64,000 bases of DNA, taken from the NCBI GenBank assembly GCA_903927975.1, contig CAIYPC010000520.1:8588-72587 (forward strand), in the 5' to 3' direction. Below, one piece after another: positions 38,676 to 47,065 of the stretch. Source of the DNA: an uncultured Bacteroidota bacterium. GTDB lineage: Bacteria; Bacteroidota; Bacteroidia; Chitinophagales; Chitinophagaceae. Position numbers and translations under genes: made by a program. The stretch's first letter is position 1. Each line of letters starts with the position of its first letter. The notes beneath the pieces are model-generated. The model did no database searches. It was not told where the DNA came from and was given only the letters and a program-made list of their open reading frames with translations.

Positions 38676-39293
38676 TCATTTTACCATCTCAAAATTATAG
38701 CCTTTCTCCACAAAAAACTGTAAAGCTTTCGATAGTGCAATGCTCATTCTGCTGAATGCTTTTTCACTGTCATGAAAAACAATAATCGATCCTTGCTTTG
38801 CATTTCCAATCACATTCAATGTGCATTGATCTGGTGAAATGCTCTCATCAAAATCTCCACTCAACACATCCCACATAATAATTTTAAATCCTTTTTTTTT
38901 CAAGCATGAAATCTGAAAACTATTTATCCTTCCATAAGGCGGCCGAAAAAGATTTGAGTCAATATATTTTTCTGCTTGTTCAATATTTCTGAGATATTCC
39001 TTGTCATTTGTTTTCCATCCGTTGACATGATTTTGAGTATGGTTAGCTGTGCAATGCCCCTCTAATAAAATCCTTTTATAAATCTCTGGGTATGCCACAA
39101 CATTTTTTCCAATACAAAAAAAAGTTGCCCTTGCATTGTGTTTTTTCAATTCATCCAAAACAAAAGGAGTTGCAACAGGATGCGGGCCATCATCAAACGT
39201 GATATAAATTTTTTTTTCTTCCGACGGAATATCCCAGATGCATGAAGGATACATTTTCTTTAAAAACCACGGAGTTTTTACGAGATAAAACAT
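38676..39293 (-). CDS. Polysaccharide deacetylase (NodB/CE4)
   Basis: YITFDDGP, ANHTQNH, FRPPYG, WDVLSGD, IIVFHD. Confidence 0.92.
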   Translation of the reverse strand: MFYLVKTPWFLKKMYPSCIWDIPSEEKKIYITFDDGPHPVATPFVLDELKKHNARATFFCIGKNVVAYPEIYKRILLEGHCTANHTQNHVNGWKTNDKEYLRNIEQAEKYIDSNLFRPPYGRINSFQISCLKKKGFKIIMWDVLSGDFDESISPDQCTLNVIGNAKQGSIIVFHDSEKAFSRMSIALSKALQFFVEKGYNFEMVK

Positions 39294-39323
39294 ATTGCAA
39301 ATTACAGAACATTATCTGGCAAA

Positions 39324-40283
39324 TCAGAACGTGTTAATATGGATCACTTTCTTATTATCTCGAAATATTTTACCATGCTTGCTCACAAATTCTTGCTGAC
39401 TTTTTTCATCCGTCAATATTTTGTCCATGTATTTTCTCACCTCATCATTAGGGAGAGAAACAGGATTACCAAACAACAATGCTTCATCAATATACCCTCG
39501 CAGCAACGGTTCCAATTGTCCATTGAATAAATTTACACCCGCATAAATATCGCTGCCGATTATTGTATTGCCCGACACACAAACAAACCCAACAACTGAA
39601 GTATCTGTACTTTTAAATTTTTGAAGAAAGAAATTAAAGTAGTCATCGCCTAAAAGAAAATGCTCCTTCGTTTTTTTCTTTTTCTTGCCATCCGTTTGAG
39701 GCTCACGTTCTGATAAGTATGCAAGCGTTTTATTGTTCACATTTCCTTTTTCTAATTGGCTGCCGATTTCTCTCCAAATCTGCACTTGATTTTTTGCACT
39801 ATCTAGTGTTTTGCGCAAATGTGTGTTTGCAAATCCGCTGTAAATAAATTCTTTTTCTTTGTCGCTCCAGCGATCTTCTTCCACGCACATCACTGGAATA
39901 TACTGATCTCTTTTTGTGGACTTTAAAATGGTATCTCGCATCACCATCCTATCTTGCCTGCCACCTGCAATCAATTCGCCGGAGTTAACATAAATTGAAC
40001 TGTCAGAGTTATTATTGATGCGGAGCCAATGAACATTTTCTGTGGAAGCAGTGCCACGTTCTGTTATTGTTGCAATGCCATTTCTTATCGCGTCGCTTAA
40101 CGAAATCACTTTTAATGCACCCCTCATTCCACCACTACCATTATCTTTCTGCCTGATGGGAATTATTTTAAGATTCTTGTAGGTGTAAGCACTGTCATAA
40201 TCCACAAAAACTGTTTCGTAAGTGATCTGTGCGCGAACTGCGGTAGCACTTAATATCAGCAATATTGAAAATAGAAATTTCAT
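39324..40283 (-). CDS. Secreted ARPP-1 (DUF6569)-like protein
   Basis: Signal peptide; NLKIIPI, LRINNNSDSSIYVNSGELIAGGRQDR, IPVMCVEEDRW. Confidence 0.6.
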   Translation of the reverse strand: MKFLFSILLILSATAVRAQITYETVFVDYDSAYTYKNLKIIPIRQKDNGSGGMRGALKVISLSDAIRNGIATITERGTASTENVHWLRINNNSDSSIYVNSGELIAGGRQDRMVMRDTILKSTKRDQYIPVMCVEEDRWSDKEKEFIYSGFANTHLRKTLDSAKNQVQIWREIGSQLEKGNVNNKTLAYLSEREPQTDGKKKKKTKEHFLLGDDYFNFFLQKFKSTDTSVVGFVCVSGNTIIGSDIYAGVNLFNGQLEPLLRGYIDEALLFGNPVSLPNDEVRKYMDKILTDEKSQQEFVSKHGKIFRDNKKVIHINTF

Positions 40284-40351
40284 CAATGATTGGTATCAAA
40301 TGTAAAAAATAAAGACGAGATACCTACTATCGCGCAGCTTTTCAAATCTTG

Positions 40352-40359
40352 TATATTTG
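40352..40359 (+). promoter_or_regulatory. -7 promoter element 4 nt before the gltX ATG
   Basis: TATATTTG c ggc ATG. Confidence 0.6.
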
Positions 40360-40363
40360 CGGC

Positions 40364-41878
40364 ATGAGCAAAAAAATTAGAGTGCGTTTTGCGCCAAGCC
40401 CAACTGGTGGCTTACATATTGGAGGCGTTCGCACCGTGCTGTATAATTATTTGTTTGCAAAGCAGCATGGCGGCGATTTTATTTTAAGGATTGAAGACAC
40501 TGACCAAACGCGTTTTGTTTCCGGTGCTGAAGAATATATTTATGAAACGCTTAGCTGGTGCGGGCTTGAGCCAGATGAAAGTCCTAAAAAAGGAGGTGCT
40601 TTCGGACCATATAGGCAGAGCGAAAGAAAAGATAGCTATCGAAAATATGCCGAGCAATTAGTGAATGAAGGCAAAGCATATTATGCATTTGATACATCAG
40701 AAGAATTAGAAACGAAAAGGAAAAACGTTGCCAATTTTCAATACAATATTGCATCAAGAATTGAGATGAAAAATTCTTTGACGCTTGATCAAGATAATGT
40801 TAAAAAATTGCTGAGTGAAAATGTTCCGCATGTAATAAGGATCAAAATGCCAACGGATGAAGAAATAAAATTCACTGACATGATCCGCGGTGAAGTTGCT
40901 TTCAATTCTTCTCAGGTTGATGACAAGGTTTTATTGAAAGCAGATGGAATGCCAACTTATCACTTGGCTGTTGTCGTGGATGATCATCTTATGCAGATCT
41001 CTCATGCTTTCCGTGGGGAAGAATGGCTACCGAGTGCACCAGTGCATATTTTATTATGGCGATATTTATTTGGTGAAGAAAACATGCCGCAATGGGCGCA
41101 TCTTCCGCTGATATTAAAACCGGATGGCAATGGGAAACTCAGCAAGCGCGACGGAGACAGACTCGGTTTTCCTGTTTTTGCGATGGATTGGACGGACCCA
41201 AAATCAAATGAAAAAACAACTGGCTTTAAAGAAAGAGGTTTTCTGCCTGAAGCATTTATTAATATGCTCGCATTGCTCGGTTGGAATGAGGGCAGTGAAC
41301 AGGAAATTTTTTCTTTGAAGGAATTGATTGAAAAATTTTCGATGGAGCGCGTTCATAAAGGCGGTGCAAAATTCAATTATGATAAAGCTAAATGGTTTAA
41401 TCATGAATGGATAAAGAAGTTTCCGGTTGCCAGTTTTCAGTTGCCAGTTGAAATCCTATTAAAAGATAATGGAATTAATATCGACGACCCAAAAAAGTTT
41501 GAAAAAGTTTTGGAGCTTGTAAAAGACAGATGCACGTTGCTAACTGATTTTGTTCCGCAATCTTCTTTCTTTTTTCAATCTCCTGAAAGCATTGATGTAT
41601 CTGCCATTCAGCCGAAATGGGATGAAAAGAAAAATCGGTTTTTTATTGAATTGATTCGTGCTTATGAATTCATTAATCCATGGCAACATGATGATCTGGA
41701 AAAAGAATTCAAAGAAATAGCCGCGGCAAGCCAGATAAAACCAGGTGATGTTCTATTGCCATTTCGCATAATGTTAGTTGGTGGAAAATTTGGTCCGGGC
41801 GTTTTTGATATCGCTGCAATTATTGGCAAAGAAGAAACCATCAAAAGAATTACGCATACACTTCAATTGTTGAAATGA
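40364..41878 (+). CDS. gltX: Glutamate--tRNA ligase
   Basis: RVRFAPSPTG, HIGG, LRIEDTDQTR, KLSKRDG; ATG 40364 preferred. Confidence 0.97.
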   Translation: MSKKIRVRFAPSPTGGLHIGGVRTVLYNYLFAKQHGGDFILRIEDTDQTRFVSGAEEYIYETLSWCGLEPDESPKKGGAFGPYRQSERKDSYRKYAEQLVNEGKAYYAFDTSEELETKRKNVANFQYNIASRIEMKNSLTLDQDNVKKLLSENVPHVIRIKMPTDEEIKFTDMIRGEVAFNSSQVDDKVLLKADGMPTYHLAVVVDDHLMQISHAFRGEEWLPSAPVHILLWRYLFGEENMPQWAHLPLILKPDGNGKLSKRDGDRLGFPVFAMDWTDPKSNEKTTGFKERGFLPEAFINMLALLGWNEGSEQEIFSLKELIEKFSMERVHKGGAKFNYDKAKWFNHEWIKKFPVASFQLPVEILLKDNGINIDDPKKFEKVLELVKDRCTLLTDFVPQSSFFFQSPESIDVSAIQPKWDEKKNRFFIELIRAYEFINPWQHDDLEKEFKEIAAASQIKPGDVLLPFRIMLVGGKFGPGVFDIAAIIGKEETIKRITHTLQLLK

Positions 41879-41954
41879 TATTAAACCTGTCGGGTTTTAG
41901 AAACCTACCAGATTTTTTAAAAAGCCTGTTGTATCTTTCTGTAAATAAACTGCT

Positions 41955-43496
41955 ATGCAGAAGCACAACAGGCTTTTATATTTTTTTGCACTCATAAAAT
42001 TCGCGCTTCCATTCTTTTTGCAAAATTCAGTTTACGAACCTCACCGCGATGAGTTTTTATATCTCGCAGAAGGTCGCCACATGGCATGGGGCTTTATGGA
42101 AGTGCCGCCATTGCTTTCTGTTTTTGCATGGCTCACCAATTTATTTGGCGGCAGCATGTTCTGGATAAAATTCTGGCCTTCCCTATTTGGTGCGCTCACA
42201 CTTATTATTGTCGGAAAAATAACTCTTTCATTGGGCGGCAAATCATTTGCTCTTTTGCTTGTATTTTTTTCATTCATTTTTGGTGCTTATCTGCGCGTTC
42301 ATTATTTATTTCAGCCAAATTTTCTGGAGATTTTTTTCTGGACGATGATTGCGTATAGCCTTGTCCGTTATATTCAAACAAAAAATAATAATTGGATCTA
42401 TATTTTTGGGATAAGTGTTGGTTTGGGAATGCTTAGTAAATATTCTGTTGCATTTTTTGTTGTCAGCATTTTTCTTGGATTGCTATTGACCAAAGAGAGA
42501 AAAATATTTTCTAATAAACATTTCTATTTCGCTTCACTGATTGCCTTTATCATTTTTTTGCCAAATATTATATGGCAATACACGCACAACTTTCCAGTTG
42601 TTCACCACATGAAAGAATTACAAGAAACGCAATTGCAATATATCAGCCCTGTTGGCTTTTTGACAGACCAGCTCATGATGAATTTGGGTTGTTTTTTTGT
42701 ATGGATTGCAGGATTATTATTTGTGATCTTCTCACCGAAAGCAAAACAATATAGGTTCATTGCGTGGGCTTATTTTTTTGTGATTGTGTTGTTGTTAATT
42801 GGGCATGGGAAAGGCTATTATTCGCTTGGCGCATATCCTGTTCTTTTCGCATTCGGCGCTTATCAATTGGAACAATTGACAATGACCCGTTTTAAAATAG
42901 TGCGATATGTTTGTATTGCCTTTACGCTGTTCATTGCATATTATTCTATACCGATTTTATTACCAATTTTTGAACCTGCTAAACTTGCTGGTTTCTATAA
43001 AGAAAGACATCTCGAAAAAACAGGCGCACTGAAATGGGAAGATTTAAAAAATCATCCGTTGCCTCAGGATTTTGCAGATATGCTGGGTTGGAAAACAATG
43101 GCAGAAAAAACTGCAAAAGTTTATAATAGTTTATCCCAAGAAGAAAAAAACAAGACCATTATCAAGAGTGATAATTACGGCCTGTGCGGTGCGCTGAGTT
43201 TGTATGGACCTAAAATGGGCTTACCGGAAGTATATGGTTATGATGCTTCTTTTTTATTGTGGATACCTGATACATTTAACGTAGCAAATGTTATTACTGT
43301 CGGAGAGGACATGCCAGATTCAACAAAAGACATCTTAAAATATTTCAGCAACGTTTCGGTGAAAGATGAGTTGAGTGATTCTTTTGCAAGAGAAGATGGC
43401 AGCAAAATCATTCTGTGGTTTCATTGCAATGCAGATACATTAAGCAAGTTTTTGAAAGATGAAATTGCAGAAAAGAAAAAACTTTTTAAACGATAG
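41955..43496 (+). CDS. GT39/ArnT-like (PMT_2) membrane glycosyltransferase
   Basis: HRDEFLY near the N-terminus, many TM helices, GMLSKYS, FLPNIIWQ. Confidence 0.85.
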   Translation: MQKHNRLLYFFALIKFALPFFLQNSVYEPHRDEFLYLAEGRHMAWGFMEVPPLLSVFAWLTNLFGGSMFWIKFWPSLFGALTLIIVGKITLSLGGKSFALLLVFFSFIFGAYLRVHYLFQPNFLEIFFWTMIAYSLVRYIQTKNNNWIYIFGISVGLGMLSKYSVAFFVVSIFLGLLLTKERKIFSNKHFYFASLIAFIIFLPNIIWQYTHNFPVVHHMKELQETQLQYISPVGFLTDQLMMNLGCFFVWIAGLLFVIFSPKAKQYRFIAWAYFFVIVLLLIGHGKGYYSLGAYPVLFAFGAYQLEQLTMTRFKIVRYVCIAFTLFIAYYSIPILLPIFEPAKLAGFYKERHLEKTGALKWEDLKNHPLPQDFADMLGWKTMAEKTAKVYNSLSQEEKNKTIIKSDNYGLCGALSLYGPKMGLPEVYGYDASFLLWIPDTFNVANVITVGEDMPDSTKDILKYFSNVSVKDELSDSFAREDGSKIILWFHCNADTLSKFLKDEIAEKKKLFKR

Positions 43497-43516
43497 ATGA
43501 ATTACAAATCTTCATC

Positions 43517-43524
43517 TACTTTTG
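43517..43524 (+). promoter_or_regulatory. -7 promoter element
   Basis: TACTTTTG, 28 nt upstream of ATG 43553. Confidence 0.4.
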
Positions 43525-43552
43525 ATATAGATTGTTTGCTCAATTATTTTTT

Positions 43553-43960
43553 ATGAACAGACCTATTCGTGTGCTTGTTGCAAAAGTTGGTTTAGATGGT
43601 CACGATCGCGGCGCAAAAGTGATCGCTACTTCGCTGCGTGATGCGGGCATGGAAGTGATTTATACGGGTCTGCGCCAAACACCGGAAATGGTGGTGAACG
43701 CGGCATTGCAGGAAGATGTTGATGCGATCGGCATCAGCATTTTAAGTGGTGCGCACATGACGGTGTTCCCGAAAATAATGCAATTGATGAAAGAAAAAGA
43801 AATGGATGATGTGCTGGTGACGGGTGGCGGAATCATTCCTGCTGATGATATGAAAACTTTGAATGAAATGGGCGTTGGGAAATTATTTGCACCGGGCGCA
43901 ACAACAAACGAAATTTCGGAGTACATTAAAAATTGGGTGAGGGAGCATAGAAATTTTTGA
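43553..43960 (+). CDS. Cobalamin-binding domain protein (stand-alone methylmalonyl-CoA mutase C-terminal subunit)
   Basis: [26 protein letters not shown]; ATG 43553. Confidence 0.93.
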   Translation: MNRPIRVLVAKVGLDGHDRGAKVIATSLRDAGMEVIYTGLRQTPEMVVNAALQEDVDAIGISILSGAHMTVFPKIMQLMKEKEMDDVLVTGGGIIPADDMKTLNEMGVGKLFAPGATTNEISEYIKNWVREHRNF

Positions 43961-43977
43961 TTTCTCTAAAAATAAAT

Positions 43978-44580
43978 TCAAATTTCAGGTAGGCGCAACC
44001 GTTTTAGTTTAGAAACAATTCTTATTGCAACAATAACAACCACACAAATTATCAAATCTGTTTCACGCTCTGCGCCCGCTTTCAATAGCAGCACATAAAT
44101 AATCGCTCCAATCAAGCAAGCTGTTGCGTACAATTCTCCGCGTTTTAATAAATCCGGGACTGTATTGCTTATTATATCAGCCAGCAATCCACCAAAAGTT
44201 GCGGAAATAACGCCCATCAAAACTGCATATACGCTGTTCAATCCATGTTCCAAACTTCTTTCAATTCCACCCGCAGTGAACATTCCTATACCAATTGCAT
44301 CGGTAATAAATATGGTGCGCCTGAAACGAGATAAATTTTTCTTCGCTAAAGAAACTATTATCACAGCGCTCAGCACCAGCGTTAACGCGATATAATCATT
44401 AATCCAGTTAACCGGTCTTATTCCAATCAGCACATCTCTTATTGTTCCGCCACCATAAGCAGTTACAAATGCAAGAATGGTAGCGCCAAAAATATCCAGG
44501 TGAAAAGTTCTTGCTTTCAATGCGCCTGTTATAGCGAACACAAAAGTTCCTATGTAAAGTATTATATCAACCAGCTTCAT
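43978..44580 (-). CDS. UPF0126/TRIC channel family membrane protein
   Basis: FAITGAL, TAYGGGTIRD, DAIGIGMF, SATFGGLLAD, ELYA. Confidence 0.88.
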   Translation of the reverse strand: MKLVDIILYIGTFVFAITGALKARTFHLDIFGATILAFVTAYGGGTIRDVLIGIRPVNWINDYIALTLVLSAVIIVSLAKKNLSRFRRTIFITDAIGIGMFTAGGIERSLEHGLNSVYAVLMGVISATFGGLLADIISNTVPDLLKRGELYATACLIGAIIYVLLLKAGAERETDLIICVVVIVAIRIVSKLKRLRLPEI

Positions 44581-44641
44581 GATTGAAAGTTACTCAAAAG
44601 AACATTTGCCTGCTTTATCTTCGCTCAATAAAATTCTTTCT

Positions 44642-45424
44642 ATGCCATACCAAACATTATTGACAGAGCTTGCTGATAATATTTTCACCATCACCATCAA
44701 TCGCCCTGATAAATTAAATGCGCTCAACAAAATAGTGATTGAAGAATTGAGCGAAGCAATCAATGAAATTTATACCAACACTGAAATAAAATCTGCCATC
44801 CTCACTGGCAGCGGAGCAAAAGCATTTGTTGCTGGCGCTGATATCAGTGAGTTTTTAACTCTTGATAGCAAAGGAGGTAAAGCACTTGCACAAAAAGGTC
44901 AGGAAAATGTTTTTGATAAAATTGAAAATTCTCCGAAACCAATTATTGCTGCCGTAAATGGCTTTGCACTTGGCGGTGGTTGCGAACTCGCAATGGCTTG
45001 TCATTTTCGTTTGGCGAGCGACAATGCAAAATTTGGACAGCCGGAAGTAAATCTGGGATTGATTCCCGGCTATGGCGGAACACAACGCTTAACACAATTA
45101 ATTGGCAAAGGCAAAGCAATGGAATTGATCTTAACAGGGAATATGATCGATGCAAATGAAGCATTTAGATTAGGCTTGGTGAATCATGTAACAACTCCTG
45201 TAAACCTATTAGCCGAAACAAAAAAAATATTGCAAACAATCAGCAGCAAAGCACCTCTCGCCATTGCAGAAGCAATTTCGCTTATCAACCATGCTGCTTA
45301 TGGAAATGAAAATGGCTTGCAGAAAGAGATCGAATCATTCGGGAAATTATTTGATACTAGTGACGCTAAAGAAGGTGCTACGGCTTTTCTTGAAAAACGA
45401 AAAGCAAGTTTTACCGGAAAATAA
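44642..45424 (+). CDS. Enoyl-CoA hydratase/crotonase
   Basis: INRPDKLNAL, AFVAGADI, ALGGGCELAM, PEVNLGLIPGYGGTQRL; ATG 44642. Confidence 0.93.
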   Translation: MPYQTLLTELADNIFTITINRPDKLNALNKIVIEELSEAINEIYTNTEIKSAILTGSGAKAFVAGADISEFLTLDSKGGKALAQKGQENVFDKIENSPKPIIAAVNGFALGGGCELAMACHFRLASDNAKFGQPEVNLGLIPGYGGTQRLTQLIGKGKAMELILTGNMIDANEAFRLGLVNHVTTPVNLLAETKKILQTISSKAPLAIAEAISLINHAAYGNENGLQKEIESFGKLFDTSDAKEGATAFLEKRKASFTGK

Positions 45425-45464
45425 AAGTTGAGGATCGGAGCAGTTCAACCGTAAAAAAATATTG

Positions 45465-46979
45465 ATGAAAAATATTCTTTTGATATTTACGCTGTGCATA
45501 GCCGTTAGTGCAAATGCAAATATTATTTTAAAAGGATCTGGCAAAGGATCAGTTTCAGTCACTTCGATGAAGGGCATCAAAGCCGGTGATACCATCGGCA
45601 TCAGGGCTGGATCATATTCCGGTGGTGGCCAATTCGGCGGCCTGAACAATATTACTATCATCAACTATGGCGGTGTCGTTACATTCACAGCTCCTGTTGA
45701 TTTTGGCGCACATGATGCCGACATGAACAATATTAAATGGTGCGGCACTGGCTTTAGTGGAAATGAATATGGTTTTGTTTTCGATGCGAGCGGTACCTAT
45801 GGGCTTGGTCTCGTTGGTTATACAACTAATGGTGGCTTTATCTTTACAGCACGGCATTATTCATACATCAGGTTCAACCATATTTGGTTCAAAGGGATTA
45901 CAGCCAATGCTTTTGATCTAAGCGGCAATCTTCCCACATACGATGGCACCACGGTTTCGCTGGGTCTGTATAAAGCCACTTTCAGTTATTGTAGAACAGA
46001 CAATACAGGCGAGTTCTATCAAGGCCCTTATAAAACTCCAAACTTTGGGTTCGCCGACAGCATAGACATCAGCAATAATGTGTTCAACCAAACTTCAGGT
46101 AATGGAATGACGGTGAACAGCGAGATGACAAATTTTAATATCCATGATAATCAAATATTGTATAGCGGCTACAATGCACAGCCAAATGATGTTGGGGTGT
46201 TCTCCCTCACTGGTTTTGGACAAATCCACCACAACTATATGAAAGGGGGCAGAGGATGGCTTGCGCGTATATCTGGCTGTTCCTTTAAGCCCAACATCAG
46301 CACATTTTGGGGATACAACAATATCAAGATTGGCTCCACAACTTATGGCATGTTCGACATGCGCACAGATACTTCATGGTTTGCGCCAACCAGCAATTAT
46401 TTTCAGCATTGCAATTTCAATGTAGTGAACAATACATTCGGCAACCTGACCGCCAATGATGGGAACGGGACAGGCACCGGCAATAATTATAACACGCCAG
46501 CGGCATTGTTCTATATACTTGATGGTGGCGCAACTGCTACCGTGAAAAATAATTTGGGCTTTAATTCTATCGCCGGAAACTCTGGCGGCTATGTTTGTGT
46601 AAGCTTTGCCCCAACTGGTTTTTCTCAGATAGACACGTCGAACAATATTTATTTCCCGGCATCAGATATATTGGATGTACTCAGCGATACGAACGCGAAC
46701 TGTGAGGTGAAATCAGAATCACCAATCATCAGCGCTGGCATCGCCTTATCAAACATCACAACAGATTATTCAGCCAGGGCGAGGGCAAATCCGCCTGACA
46801 TCGGGGCGCAGGAATATACTGGAAAGCGATCGGGCATACCGCCAATTAGGGCTATAAAAAAAACGAAGATTGAAATAAACAAGAAATTATTTTTCATTAT
46901 TGTGTCTGCGCTATGTCTTTTGATTGCCTTCTTTATTCGCTCAGCAAAAATAGCAAGGAACACAAGCAGAAGTAGTTAA
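45465..46979 (+). CDS. Secreted right-handed beta-helix protein with choice-of-anchor-Q-like motif and C-terminal TM tail
   Basis: Signal peptide; GDTIGIRAG; Asn-ladder repeats; PPDIGAQEY; LFFIIVSALCLLIAFFI followed by basic residues. Confidence 0.6.
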   Translation: MKNILLIFTLCIAVSANANIILKGSGKGSVSVTSMKGIKAGDTIGIRAGSYSGGGQFGGLNNITIINYGGVVTFTAPVDFGAHDADMNNIKWCGTGFSGNEYGFVFDASGTYGLGLVGYTTNGGFIFTARHYSYIRFNHIWFKGITANAFDLSGNLPTYDGTTVSLGLYKATFSYCRTDNTGEFYQGPYKTPNFGFADSIDISNNVFNQTSGNGMTVNSEMTNFNIHDNQILYSGYNAQPNDVGVFSLTGFGQIHHNYMKGGRGWLARISGCSFKPNISTFWGYNNIKIGSTTYGMFDMRTDTSWFAPTSNYFQHCNFNVVNNTFGNLTANDGNGTGTGNNYNTPAALFYILDGGATATVKNNLGFNSIAGNSGGYVCVSFAPTGFSQIDTSNNIYFPASDILDVLSDTNANCEVKSESPIISAGIALSNITTDYSARARANPPDIGAQEYTGKRSGIPPIRAIKKTKIEINKKLFFIIVSALCLLIAFFIRSAKIARNTSRSS

Positions 46980-47065
46980 TAATTGAACTATGAATCTTGA
47001 ATCTTTGCGAGAAAATAATAGATTCAACAATGAGTGAAATTGACATGAAAGTTCGCTGTTGTTCA

